Assembly: GCA_963834385.1 (NCBI GenBank)
Contig: CAWIBO010000005.1
Location: 704,001 to 768,000 of the forward strand
DNA length: 64,000 nt
Reading direction: 5' to 3'
Source of the DNA: an uncultured Verrucomicrobiae bacterium
Lineage (GTDB): Bacteria > Verrucomicrobiota > Verrucomicrobiia > Chthoniobacterales > UBA10450
Below are positions 53,647-62,206 of this stretch, piece after piece (the stretch's first letter is position 1; the number at the start of each line of letters is the position of its first letter). Position numbers and translations under genes: made by a program. The notes under the pieces were generated by a model, which saw only the letters and a program-made list of their open reading frames with translations, was not told the DNA's origin and ran no database searches.

Positions 53647-53895
53647 CTAGCCTTCATTTTCCTGCACGCGAGATCCATTCCCGATCTGCTGATGCAGGCC
53701 GGTCATGGTGAGGAGCGGTAAAATATCGAAGCTCTCACCCTCGTCCTTTGCGTTGAACACAATGACGTAGCCGGCCTTATTCGGCGGAAGGGCAATATAA
53801 TCCCGGTGGGGAACGGAATACTGAAGCCCGTCTGCCATTTTCAGAACAAAAGGCAGATTACTCTCCACCGCTCTCTCAATCTGACTCCGCGTCAC
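53647..53895 (-). CDS. small hypothetical protein (PFxLxMADGxxYxVPH type)
   Basis: 82 aa, lower GC than neighbours, own promoter-like TTGAAA-N18-TATTGT 7 nt before the GTG. Confidence 0.75.
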   Translation of the reverse strand: MTRSQIERAVESNLPFVLKMADGLQYSVPHRDYIALPPNKAGYVIVFNAKDEGESFDILPLLTMTGLHQQIGNGSRVQENEG

Positions 53896-53975
53896 AACGC
53901 AAACAATATCAACGGCCGCCCGGTCCTTTCAACTCCATTCACCGCCTGGCGGGAACAGTTATCGAAGGTGAGATG

Positions 53976-54197
53976 TCAGTGATCAGCGGTCAGCGCTCGC
54001 CCTTCCGATCTCCGACTCCATCTTCCGGCTGCTTCGCAGCGCCTTTCAGCTTGTCAGCTTTTCAGCATTTTCCCCTCTCCGCTCCCGGCCTCCGACTTCC
54101 GACTTCCTCCCCCTGATAACCGATAACTGACAACTGATCACCGCGCCGTCCCGGCGCCCTGCCTCTTAACTCTTAATTCTTAATTCTTAATTCTTAA
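53976..54197. repeat. mosaic of heptamer/octamer arrays and GC hairpins
   Basis: CAGTGAT/CAGCGGT, TCCGATC, CAGCTTTT, CCGACTT, ATAACYG and CTTAATT arrays; 16-mer hairpin at 54142. Confidence 0.85.
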
Positions 54198-56128
54198 TTT
54201 CCCCCGTTCCCCAACAGATCCCCAAATACACCGCCACATAAAGCTGGATCGAAAAGATCTGTAACGGAAAATCCACCAGCGCGTGCAGCGCCACCCCGCC
54301 CAGCGCCAGGACCACCAGCGGAACCAGCAACCGATGCCGCGGCAACCAGGACGGCGGGGAAGAATTTTCGATTCTCGATTTTCGATTCTCGATTGCTCCC
54401 TTCAGCTTCTCGCGTTCTCCTTCCTCCCATTAACCGATAACCGATAACCGATAACCGGCTGCCCGCAGCCTACCGACAACTGATCACCGATTACCGGCCG
54501 CTCCGCGGCCCTTGTCAGCTTTTCAGCGTTTTCTCCTTCCTCCCCATTAACCGATAACCGATCACCGATAACCGGCTGCCCCGCAGCCTCCACCGATAAC
54601 CGATCACCGATTACCGGCCGCTCCGCGGCCCCTGTCAGCTTTTCAGCGTTTTCTTCTTCTTCTTCCCCACTAACCGATAACCGATCACCGATAACCGGCT
54701 GCCCCGCAGCCTCCACCGATAACCGATCACCGATAACCGGCTGCCTCCGCAGCCATCTCCCATCTCCTATCTTCCCGGCCGCTTCGGCCGCTCGCAGCAG
54801 CCGCCCCCCCAAAGAACAGCGCCGCCCAGAGCGCGCCCCCCAGCCACCCCCATTCCAGCAGCGTTTGCAGATAATCCTGGTGCAGATACCGCCACCCTTC
54901 CCGCAGCTCCGTCCCTTCCCCGCGCGCCACGTGCGGAAAGATGGTGCGGAACGTGCCCGGACCGTACCCCAGCAGCCCGGCCTCCGGCACCCCGCGCAGC
55001 GCCGTCCGCGCCGCCGGCCAGCGCAGGTCCTGAGCACACTTTCCCCGGTGTTTTGCCAGCGCTCGATCGGACGATCCAAACGGCTCGCCTGCCCAATGGC
55101 GTAGATGGCCACGACCAGCAGCAGCACCGTGGCCGCGCCGGTGATCTTCTCCGCGCCCCGCATCAAGCCCGCGCACCCGCGGCAAAGCTGCGACGATCAG
55201 CACCAGCATCAGGAGCAACCCGATCGCCTGCGCGGCCCGCGACGTGTTCGAAACCACCGCGCCGGCCGTGACCAGCGCCGCCGCGATCCAGCCCCCGCGC
55301 ACCAGCGGACTCGCGCGATGATGCAACGCCCGGTAAGCCAGACCAAAGACCACCGGCAGGACGAGGTTCAGGTAGGCGCCCGCGTTGGCGTGATAAAAGT
55401 AGGTCGCAAAGAACTGCGGCGGACCGTAACGCGATTCACCCCAGAAAATCATCTCGGCGCCCGTGCCTTTCTGGAGCAACCCCAGCAGCGCGATGGACGT
55501 GCCGGTCAGGGCCACGCCCGTGAGCAGACGCAGAAACCACTGCGGACGCCGGCAAAGATCAGCCACAAAGAGGAGCACGCCCAGGAGAAGCGTGGCTCGC
55601 GTCATCCAGGCGAGACTTACCGCCTTGTCCGCCGACCCCGGCCAGCCCGGCCAGGCCTGGTCAATCGGCACCCAGAGATCAAACTCCGTGTCATAGATCC
55701 CCTTCCCATTCCAGGCCATCGCCCATCCGAGGAGCAGCAAAGCCCCCACGATCCCCCAAAGGACCCACCGCCCCGTTCCCCTTTTTCCTTTTTCCTTTTT
55801 CCTTTTGCCTTCCGCCCCCCTCCTCTTCTCCGACCTCCGACCTCCGACCACCGATAACCGGCCGCTTCGCGGCCTTCTTCCCAATAACCATTAACCAATA
55901 ACCAATAACCGGCGGCTGCCCCGCAGCCGCCCCCACCCACAGCAACAGCACCGCTGCAAGCATCCATTCGAGGATCCGGCCGCTCTCCAGCGTCGTGGTG
56001 CCGTAAGCCCACGGCGCCCAGACCAGCGCCACCACCAAACCCCACCCGGCCACACCGCCCAGCAGCGTAGAAAACTTCCAGCCCCGCGGCAGCGGCGGCA
56101 GCCATTGAATACGCGGTCGACGCGACAT
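54187..56128 (-). CDS. O-antigen ligase/polymerase (Wzy_C)-like membrane protein with repeat-derived insertions and several frameshifts
   Basis: [47 protein letters not shown]; final [23 protein letters not shown], stop at 54187-54189. Confidence 0.8.
54415..54755. repeat. ~120-bp composite unit repeated ~2.7 times inside the ligase gene
   Basis: GATCACCGATTACCGGCCGCTCCGCGGCCC at 54482 and 54602 (period 120); units are heptamer triplets alternating with hairpins. Confidence 0.9.
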
Positions 56129-56183
56129 GCGGCCAACACTAAGCCAGGAAGAACCCCGGAAGGAATCGGAAGTTGGTTACTTG

Positions 56184-56612
56184 TTATTTGTTATCAGTTA
56201 TTGGTTCTCGCGCGAAATTCGTTCCCGTTGCCCCGGCGCGTTTAAGATAAGCCATGTAGCCATTCAAGAGACGGACCGCCGTGCTGACGAGATCGCGACC
56301 CTCTTCGAGCATCTCACTCGAAATCATTTTCTCGTCCTGCGCGGCGATCAGATGATCGAGGACTTCCCAGCATGAGCCGCGCGCGTTGCTGCAGAATTTC
56401 GCGTTATCGAGATGATGAAATCGTCCGTAACCCTCCGCGATATTTGCCGTCGTCGAGCGTGCCGCGCGTAAGATTTGATCCCCCAGACGGTATCGCTCCT
56501 CTTTCGGGAGCGCCGGGATTACGGAGCCGGAAACGAATTTCCGTAACTCACGACACGCCTGCCAGCACTCAAGATCTTCAAAGCTCCGAATGGGGGCACG
56601 TTCACCACTCAC
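56184..56612 (-). CDS. four helix bundle protein (23S rRNA IVP / S23-like family)
   Basis: SFEDLECWQ, LPKEERYRLGDQILRAARSTTANIAEGYGR, ARGSCWE, LLNGY. Confidence 0.93.
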   Translation of the reverse strand: MSGERAPIRSFEDLECWQACRELRKFVSGSVIPALPKEERYRLGDQILRAARSTTANIAEGYGRFHHLDNAKFCSNARGSCWEVLDHLIAAQDEKMISSEMLEEGRDLVSTAVRLLNGYMAYLKRAGATGTNFAREPITDNK

Positions 56613-56645
56613 CGGCTAACGTTATCAGACCGGTCAATCCTCCCG

Positions 56646-56724
56646 ACCAATAACCCATAACGAGTAACCAATAACGATCTTCCCTCACCGCCTCCCAATA
56701 ACCAATAACCAATAACCAGTTACC
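56646..56724. repeat. (CCAATAA)-type heptamer arrays upstream of the four-helix-bundle gene
   Basis: accaataacccataacgagtaaccaataac and ccaataaccaataaccaataaccagttacc; inverted relative to 56172-56206. Confidence 0.9.
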
Positions 56725-56825
56725 ATTTCCCCTTCTCATCGAGCAGCCTTTATTGTAATTTCAAGAACCGCTTTTCGCCGCGCCTTGCCGCCTCCAGGCA
56801 GCGGGCGGCGGTCGCCCCGCACTCC

Positions 56826-58347
56826 ATGCTCGCCACCGATCATCTCGACACCCAGCCATCCGCGCCGATGGCCGTCGAGCCGATCCCGCCTCCTGCGCCG
56901 GTCCGGCCGGCCCCGGCCCCGACCCAAAGCCGCTGGCGCCGGTTCGCCCGCACCGCTGTCCGGCAGGACTGGTCCGCGCCGGCCCTTTGCCTCCTGATCG
57001 ACGTCGGCCTTTGGAGCGTGATCTACGGCACGACCGCCTACGTCCGCGGCGATTCCTTTTATTCCACGCCGCTCCAGTTTGCGGTCATCAACCTGATCCC
57101 GCTCGCGGTTCTCTTTGCCGCCCTTTTCATCATTGGCGGATACGATCGCCGGACCCCGATGCGCAGCCTGGTCTATACCAGCGAACACATCCTGGCCATG
57201 ATCACGGCGGCCGTCGTCTCCTCCCTCCTGATTTACGCCGCCGCCGCTTACGACCAGCAGATGCGTCCCAGCCGCGGCGCCCTGCTTGATCAGCTTCATC
57301 CTCTTTTCTCCGCTCTCCCTCATCTACCGCCGGATCATCTGGCGGTATCTCGCGGTCTCGACCGCCAACCGCGCGTTTCTGGTCATCGGCGCGGGCGAAC
57401 TGGCTGCTTCGTTTTATCGGGCCTACAAAACCTCGCCCAACCGCCAGCGACTCGAGTTCGTCGCGCTCGAACGCGACCGGGTGGGCGAACCGATCTTTGG
57501 GCCCGGGTCACCGATCATCGAGGGCGACCTCGCGACCAAGCTGGAACGGCTCGACTCCCAGTATAGCGGCGTGATTCTGGCGGAAGCGGTCGATCGCCTC
57601 AGCCCGAAGCTGCTGGATCGTTTGGTCCGGACCCAGTTTCATTCCACCCGGGTTTACACCATGGAATCGTTTTACGAGGCGCACTGGCGACACGTCCCGG
57701 TGCAGGCGCTTGACCCGTTCTGGCCGTTGCAGACCGGGTTCCAGCTCGCCAGCATCTCGCCTTATCATTACGTGAAACGCCTCTTCGACATCCTCCTCAC
57801 CGGCCTATTGCTGGTCGTGTGTGCCCCGGTCATGGCCTTGATCGCCGTTGCCATCTGGCTTGAGACCGGCCGGCCGATCATCTTTCGTCAGACCCGGCTG
57901 GGGCGCGAGGAGCTGCCCTTCAGCGCCCTGAAGTTCCGGACCATGTTTTTGCGGACGGGGGAAGAAGCCGGGGAAGACATTTACACCCGGCAAAACGATC
58001 CGCGGATCACCCGGGTGGGCCGGCTCCTGCGCAAGCTGCGTCTGGACGAACTGCCGCAGCTTTGGAACGTGTTCCGGGGCGAGATGAGCCTGATCGGTCC
58101 CCGGGCCGAGTGGGACCGTTGCGCCGAGCGTTACGCCGCCGTGATCCCGTTCTATCATTTCCGGCACCTGGTAAAGCCGGGGATCACCGGCTGGGCCCAG
58201 GTCAATTATCCGTATGGCGAAAGCGACGCCGACGCGATCGAGAAACTAAAGTTCGACCTCTACTACATCCGCCACTACTCCCTGAAGCTCGATCTCATGA
58301 TCGTCCTGAAAACGATTCACACCGTCCTTTTCGGAAAAGGAAGGTGA
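56826..58347 (+). CDS. priming polyprenyl-phosphate sugar transferase; +1 frameshift ~57287
   Basis: N-terminal TMs; [41 protein letters not shown]. Confidence 0.93.
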
Positions 58348-58581
58348 GGTTTAAGAGTTAAGTTTTAGGTTTTAAGGGTTCAGGGTTCAGGACCACGGCA
58401 GTTCACCAAAGCTTAAGCCATGCGGCTGCCAATTTCAGCATTTCAGTTGTCAGCGTTTCAGCATTTTCTTCTTACTTCCGACTGCTCCGCAGTCCGTCTT
58501 CCCAATAACCAATAACCAATAACCAGTTCACCGCGCCGTCCCGGCGCCCCCCGACCTCCGATCTCCGATCTCCGACTTCCG
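58348..58581. repeat. mosaic of TTTTAAG/GTTCAGG, TTTCAGC, TAACCAA and CCGATCT arrays with hairpins
   Basis: Read directly; 16-mer hairpin at 58532. Confidence 0.85.
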
Positions 58582-58588
58582 AATGCCC

Positions 58589-58765
58589 CCGCAGTTTCTC
58601 TTCACAGAGCCGAAGCGAAAGCAGCAGCTCCGCGATGACGCGTTGCGCGACATAAAACCAGCCGCGCCAGCCATCGAGAATGAGGCCGCGCCCGAACAAG
58701 AGGTAAAGAAACATCACCGGCGGCGCCAAAACGATTTTCAACCGCAACCGATCCTGCAGGCTCAG
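58589..58765 (-). pseudogene. orphan 3' fragment of a family-2 glycosyltransferase (paralog of 62198-62986)
   Basis: DRLR...LAPPVMFLYLLF..GL.LDGW.GWFYV.QRVIAEL.LSLRLCE.KLR: 45/55 aa identical to 62231-62395. Confidence 0.88.
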
Positions 58766-58805
58766 CGGTTCCGCATTCTCCTTTCCGCCTTCTTCTCGCT
58801 CCCGG

Positions 58806-58886
58806 CTCCGCGCCCCGTGCTCCGCGCCCCGCGCCCCGTGCTCCGTGCTCCGTGCTCCGTGCTCCGTGCTCCGTGCTCCCTGCTCC
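58806..58886. repeat. heptamer array (CTCCGTG) x11
   Basis: ctccgcg ccccgtg ctccgcg ccccgcg ccccgtg (ctccgtg)x5 ctccctg. Confidence 0.95.
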
Positions 58887-58914
58887 AAACGACATCACTT
58901 CGTGAGCAGATCAT
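58885..58914 (-). pseudogene. probable PemK/MazF-type toxin N-terminal stub
   Basis: MICSRSDVVW overlapping the antitoxin stop, then cut off by the heptamer array. Confidence 0.45.
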
Positions 58915-59104
58915 TGAAGATATCATCGCCCGGATTATCCCAGACGTTCGCAAGCGATTCTTCTGATACCCTCAGCCATGCCGCACGCGAAGTATCTGCG
59001 TCCGCGGGTTCAACCGTCGACAACACTAGAGTGTCATCCGGGAGCGGAAGCGGTTCTTTCAAAATGAGTTTCCCTTCCAGATATTGCGCTTCCACCGTCG
59101 TCAC
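58895..59104 (-). CDS. putative antitoxin (AF2212/DUF104-like N-terminus, WDNPxDD C-terminus)
   Basis: MTTVEAQYLEGKLILKEPLPLPDDTLVL...WLRVSEESLANVWDNPGDDIFNDLL. Confidence 0.65.
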   Translation of the reverse strand: MTTVEAQYLEGKLILKEPLPLPDDTLVLSTVEPADADTSRAAWLRVSEESLANVWDNPGDDIFNDLLTK

Positions 59105-60962
59105 GAGACAAACAATAATGCTGGCGGACCATAGCCAGCAAGTTTTTCCCTGACGGACCCAGCCGTGCCCCCAGCGAATGCCGGGCAATAAAGTTGTCGA
59201 GGGCAAAAAGGCACCACGATCGATACCAGCTTTTTAGCGGCACCGGGCTTCGCTCACCAATCTTCTTGAAAATATCGTCCCACTCTCCTGTCACCCACTC
59301 CTGGAACGGAAAAGTGAACCCCTGCTTGGGACGATTCCGAACCCATTCGGGAATCTCTGGCACAGCATCAAGCACAAGCTTTTTTCCGCGGGCCAGCCTG
59401 ACTGCCGCCGGGATGGATTCGATCGCCTCGACCAGACGGCTGTCCACGAACGGCACCCGCAGCTCCAGGCTCCAGGCCATGCTCATAACGTCGCTGTCGC
59501 GCAGGAGCTGGTTTCGAATATACCGCCCAATCTCCACATAACTGACCTCATCCTCGATCGTTGGCTGGCTGGGGACATGAAACCCTGCCTGGATGGGACG
59601 GCCCAGTTCTTCACAGCCGTAATACGGGAGCAGCGCGCTAACCTCGGCCGGAGTGAAAATGCCGCGCATGGCCCAGTAGGCCGACGCCGTCAGGGGGGCG
59701 TCGCGCAGGAAATGCCCGAGGCGCGCCGTTCGGGGGGAGACGTGGAGGGCTTGCAACAATCGGCCGGCTCCCATCTTCAGAGGCCAGATCGGGGTCAGGG
59801 CGCGGCTGGCGCGGACCAGCTTTGGCACGGTCTGGAATGATTGATAGCCGCCAAACAGCTCGTCTCCGCCGAGGCCGGAAAGCACTACTTTCAGCCCCTG
59901 CTCGTGAGCAAGTTTAGCAACGCAGAAAGTATTAAATCCGTCGATGCTCGGCTGATCCGAGACCGCCAGGAATTTAGCCAGGAGCGATTTTGCCGTAGCC
60001 GAATCCAGCTCCCAGTCGACATGGTCAGTCCCGAAATGGCGCGCGGTGCGGGCCGCCACCTTTCCCTCATTGATCGATTGGTCGGCAAAAGATATGCAAA
60101 ATGTCTTTAACTGCGTGCTCTGCCGGGCGGAACTGAGCGCAACCATCGCAGTGGAGTCGATTCCTCCGCTCAAGAAAATCCCGACCGGCACATCGCTCAC
60201 CAAATGGCGCGCGACCGATTCTTCCAGCGCCTGCCGAACCCGTGGCGGACTCTCTTCGGCCGGAATGCCCCCATCGGAAAACCGGATGTCCCAGTATTTG
60301 CGCAGCGTCGTCTGACCACGACGCCAGACCAGGTAATGGCCCGGCGAAAGCGCTCGGACGCCTTCAACCAGCGTCAGAGGCTCCTGCACCGCTCCGAAAA
60401 GCAGGTAGCCGGAAACGGCTTCGGGCGATAAACTGAGCGGCACCAGGCCCGAACGAATAAGCGCGTTAACTTCCGAAGCGAAAATCAGGGCGCCATTCCG
60501 GTCAGTGTAATAGAGGGGCTTCACCCCGAGAGGGTCGCGCGCCAGGAAACAGGATTGCTCCGCTGCGTCCCAGATCGCGACCGCGAACATCCCCGCAAGT
60601 TCCCGGACAAACTCCGGGCCGTCGCGCTGGAACATCCGCAGAACTACCTCCGTGTCGGAATGCGACTCGAACTGCTCGCCTTTCGCTTCCAGTTCGCCGC
60701 GCAGCGCCTTGAAATTGTATATCTCCCCATTGAAAACGATCCGGTAACGCCCGTCGCGCGAGCTCATCGGTTGATGACCGGCGTGCGATAAATCGAGAAT
60801 CGCCAGACGGGTATTCACCAGCCCGGCCAGTCCATCCTCCGACTGGAACACGCCGGAATCATCCGGCCCCCGATGACGGAGGTCCCCTTCCATTTGCGCG
60901 AGGGCCCGCGCCACTCGCCGCGGCTCCGAGGTTGTCCCAATCGCTCCGGCGATCCCGCACAT
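59034..60962 (-). CDS. asnB: asparagine synthase-like glutamine amidotransferase (EPS modification)
   Basis: MCGIAG, HRGPD, FNGEIYN, LSGGIDS, SGLGGDE, ELRVPF; C-terminal ~45 aa overlap the antitoxin locus and are doubtful. Confidence 0.93.
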   Translation of the reverse strand: MCGIAGAIGTTSEPRRVARALAQMEGDLRHRGPDDSGVFQSEDGLAGLVNTRLAILDLSHAGHQPMSSRDGRYRIVFNGEIYNFKALRGELEAKGEQFESHSDTEVVLRMFQRDGPEFVRELAGMFAVAIWDAAEQSCFLARDPLGVKPLYYTDRNGALIFASEVNALIRSGLVPLSLSPEAVSGYLLFGAVQEPLTLVEGVRALSPGHYLVWRRGQTTLRKYWDIRFSDGGIPAEESPPRVRQALEESVARHLVSDVPVGIFLSGGIDSTAMVALSSARQSTQLKTFCISFADQSINEGKVAARTARHFGTDHVDWELDSATAKSLLAKFLAVSDQPSIDGFNTFCVAKLAHEQGLKVVLSGLGGDELFGGYQSFQTVPKLVRASRALTPIWPLKMGAGRLLQALHVSPRTARLGHFLRDAPLTASAYWAMRGIFTPAEVSALLPYYGCEELGRPIQAGFHVPSQPTIEDEVSYVEIGRYIRNQLLRDSDVMSMAWSLELRVPFVDSRLVEAIESIPAAVRLARGKKLVLDAVPEIPEWVRNRPKQGFTFPFQEWVTGEWDDIFKKIGERSPVPLKSWYRSWCLFALDNFIARHSLGARLGPSGKNLLAMVRQHYCLSRDDGGSAISGRETHFERTASAPG

Positions 60963-60965
60963 GAC

Positions 60966-62114
60966 CTAGGTGCCGCCTCCTTTCCGGAGCTGAGCCACCC
61001 TTTGGATCAACTGCCGCAGATTCTCCCTGAATCGATCGTAATCATACGCCTCGCATACTCGGCGGCGCAGTTCGGTGGGATCCTGGAGGACCGCCAGCGG
61101 ATGGGCCCCTCGCAGAATGGCGATAACCTGCTGTCCCAGTTCGTCGACGCTGTCGGGATCGATCAGCGCGCCGATCGCGCCCCCCAGGAGAGCGTCGACC
61201 GATCCATCCTTGTTCCCGGCCAGGACCGGTTTCCCGCAGGCCAGCGCTTCCAGAAAAACGATTCCGAACCCTTCCCCTTTGCTCGGCATGGCGAAGAGAT
61301 CGCAAAGATTATAATGATCGCAAAGTTCGTGCTCCGGAATGTAGCCGGCGAGCGTGACCTGTTTGCTCACGCCTGCCTCGTCGATCAGCCTCTCCACCCG
61401 CCCCCGATCGGGTCCCTGCCCGCCAAGAATGTAGCGGATATCGGGGAAAGCATCGCGAATCGACGGCAGGGCCTGCAGCACCTGATCGTAACCCTTGTAA
61501 CGCTCGGCGCTGGCCAGACGGGCGATGGTCAGGATCACAGGCTGTTCCGGGGAAAGCCCGTAGCGTTTAAGAAGAAAGCGCGGCTTGGGACCCGGCACGA
61601 AATGACGGGAATCAAAGGTGTTTGGCAGAAGATTGATGGAATCTTCTATACGTCCGATCACCTCGGTCATCCGCCCCCGTGTGAACTCGCTCACGGCCGC
61701 CAGGCCGGGTGCTTCCTGCAAGGCACGGCGGACAGACTGGCGCGGGATGTCCCAGACTTCGATGCCGTGTCCGATGGCAAGGTAAGGAATTCCAAACCAC
61801 GTCCATAACGTTCGCGCCACCGGCGCGAAATTCACATGCGTCGTCAGAATCACGGTGGGCCGCAGCCGGACACCAGCCATTATAAGGCGGCCGGCGAAAG
61901 CCGCGGTTCGCAGAGACGCCGGCCACCAGCCTAGGGGTGTAAAACTGGTGGCCACATCATCATTCGGCGCTGGAAAACAGGTGTCGTTCTTCGAAAACAC
62001 ATGGACTTCAGCGTCCGGAAAAGCTTCGGCCAGCGCACGGATGGCAAAGCGGGAGAACGTCTGAATCCCACCCGTAGCCGAGGCATATTCCGGAACCCAG
62101 ACATGAATTCTCAC
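60966..62114 (-). CDS. glycosyltransferase family 4
   Basis: GGIQ, HGIEVW, YKGYD, EGFGIVFLEALACGKP. Confidence 0.93.
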   Translation of the reverse strand: MRIHVWVPEYASATGGIQTFSRFAIRALAEAFPDAEVHVFSKNDTCFPAPNDDVATSFTPLGWWPASLRTAAFAGRLIMAGVRLRPTVILTTHVNFAPVARTLWTWFGIPYLAIGHGIEVWDIPRQSVRRALQEAPGLAAVSEFTRGRMTEVIGRIEDSINLLPNTFDSRHFVPGPKPRFLLKRYGLSPEQPVILTIARLASAERYKGYDQVLQALPSIRDAFPDIRYILGGQGPDRGRVERLIDEAGVSKQVTLAGYIPEHELCDHYNLCDLFAMPSKGEGFGIVFLEALACGKPVLAGNKDGSVDALLGGAIGALIDPDSVDELGQQVIAILRGAHPLAVLQDPTELRRRVCEAYDYDRFRENLRQLIQRVAQLRKGGGT

Positions 62115-62169
62115 CCGCTTGTCTTAAGGGCACCTCGCGATCGCTGAAAGCTCCTTTTTCCTGCCGCCC

Positions 62170-62206
62170 CTTTTCAGCTTCTCAGGTTGTCAGCTTTTCA
62201 GCGTTT
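62170..62206. repeat. TTTCAGC-type octamer array at the 3' end of the GT2 gene
   Basis: ttttcagctt ctcaggttgt cagcttttca gcgttt. Confidence 0.7.

Noticed and set aside
54415..54755. CRISPR array
   Set aside because: The intervening segments are themselves repeated; there are no unique spacers.
58472..58888. 138-aa ORF as a real standalone protein
   Set aside because: Composed of translated heptamer arrays around a GT2 C-terminal remnant; no credible start context.
59034..59170. Genuine C-terminal extension of AsnB
   Set aside because: Overlaps the antitoxin gene and its promoter; likely read-through after a junction or an indel error.
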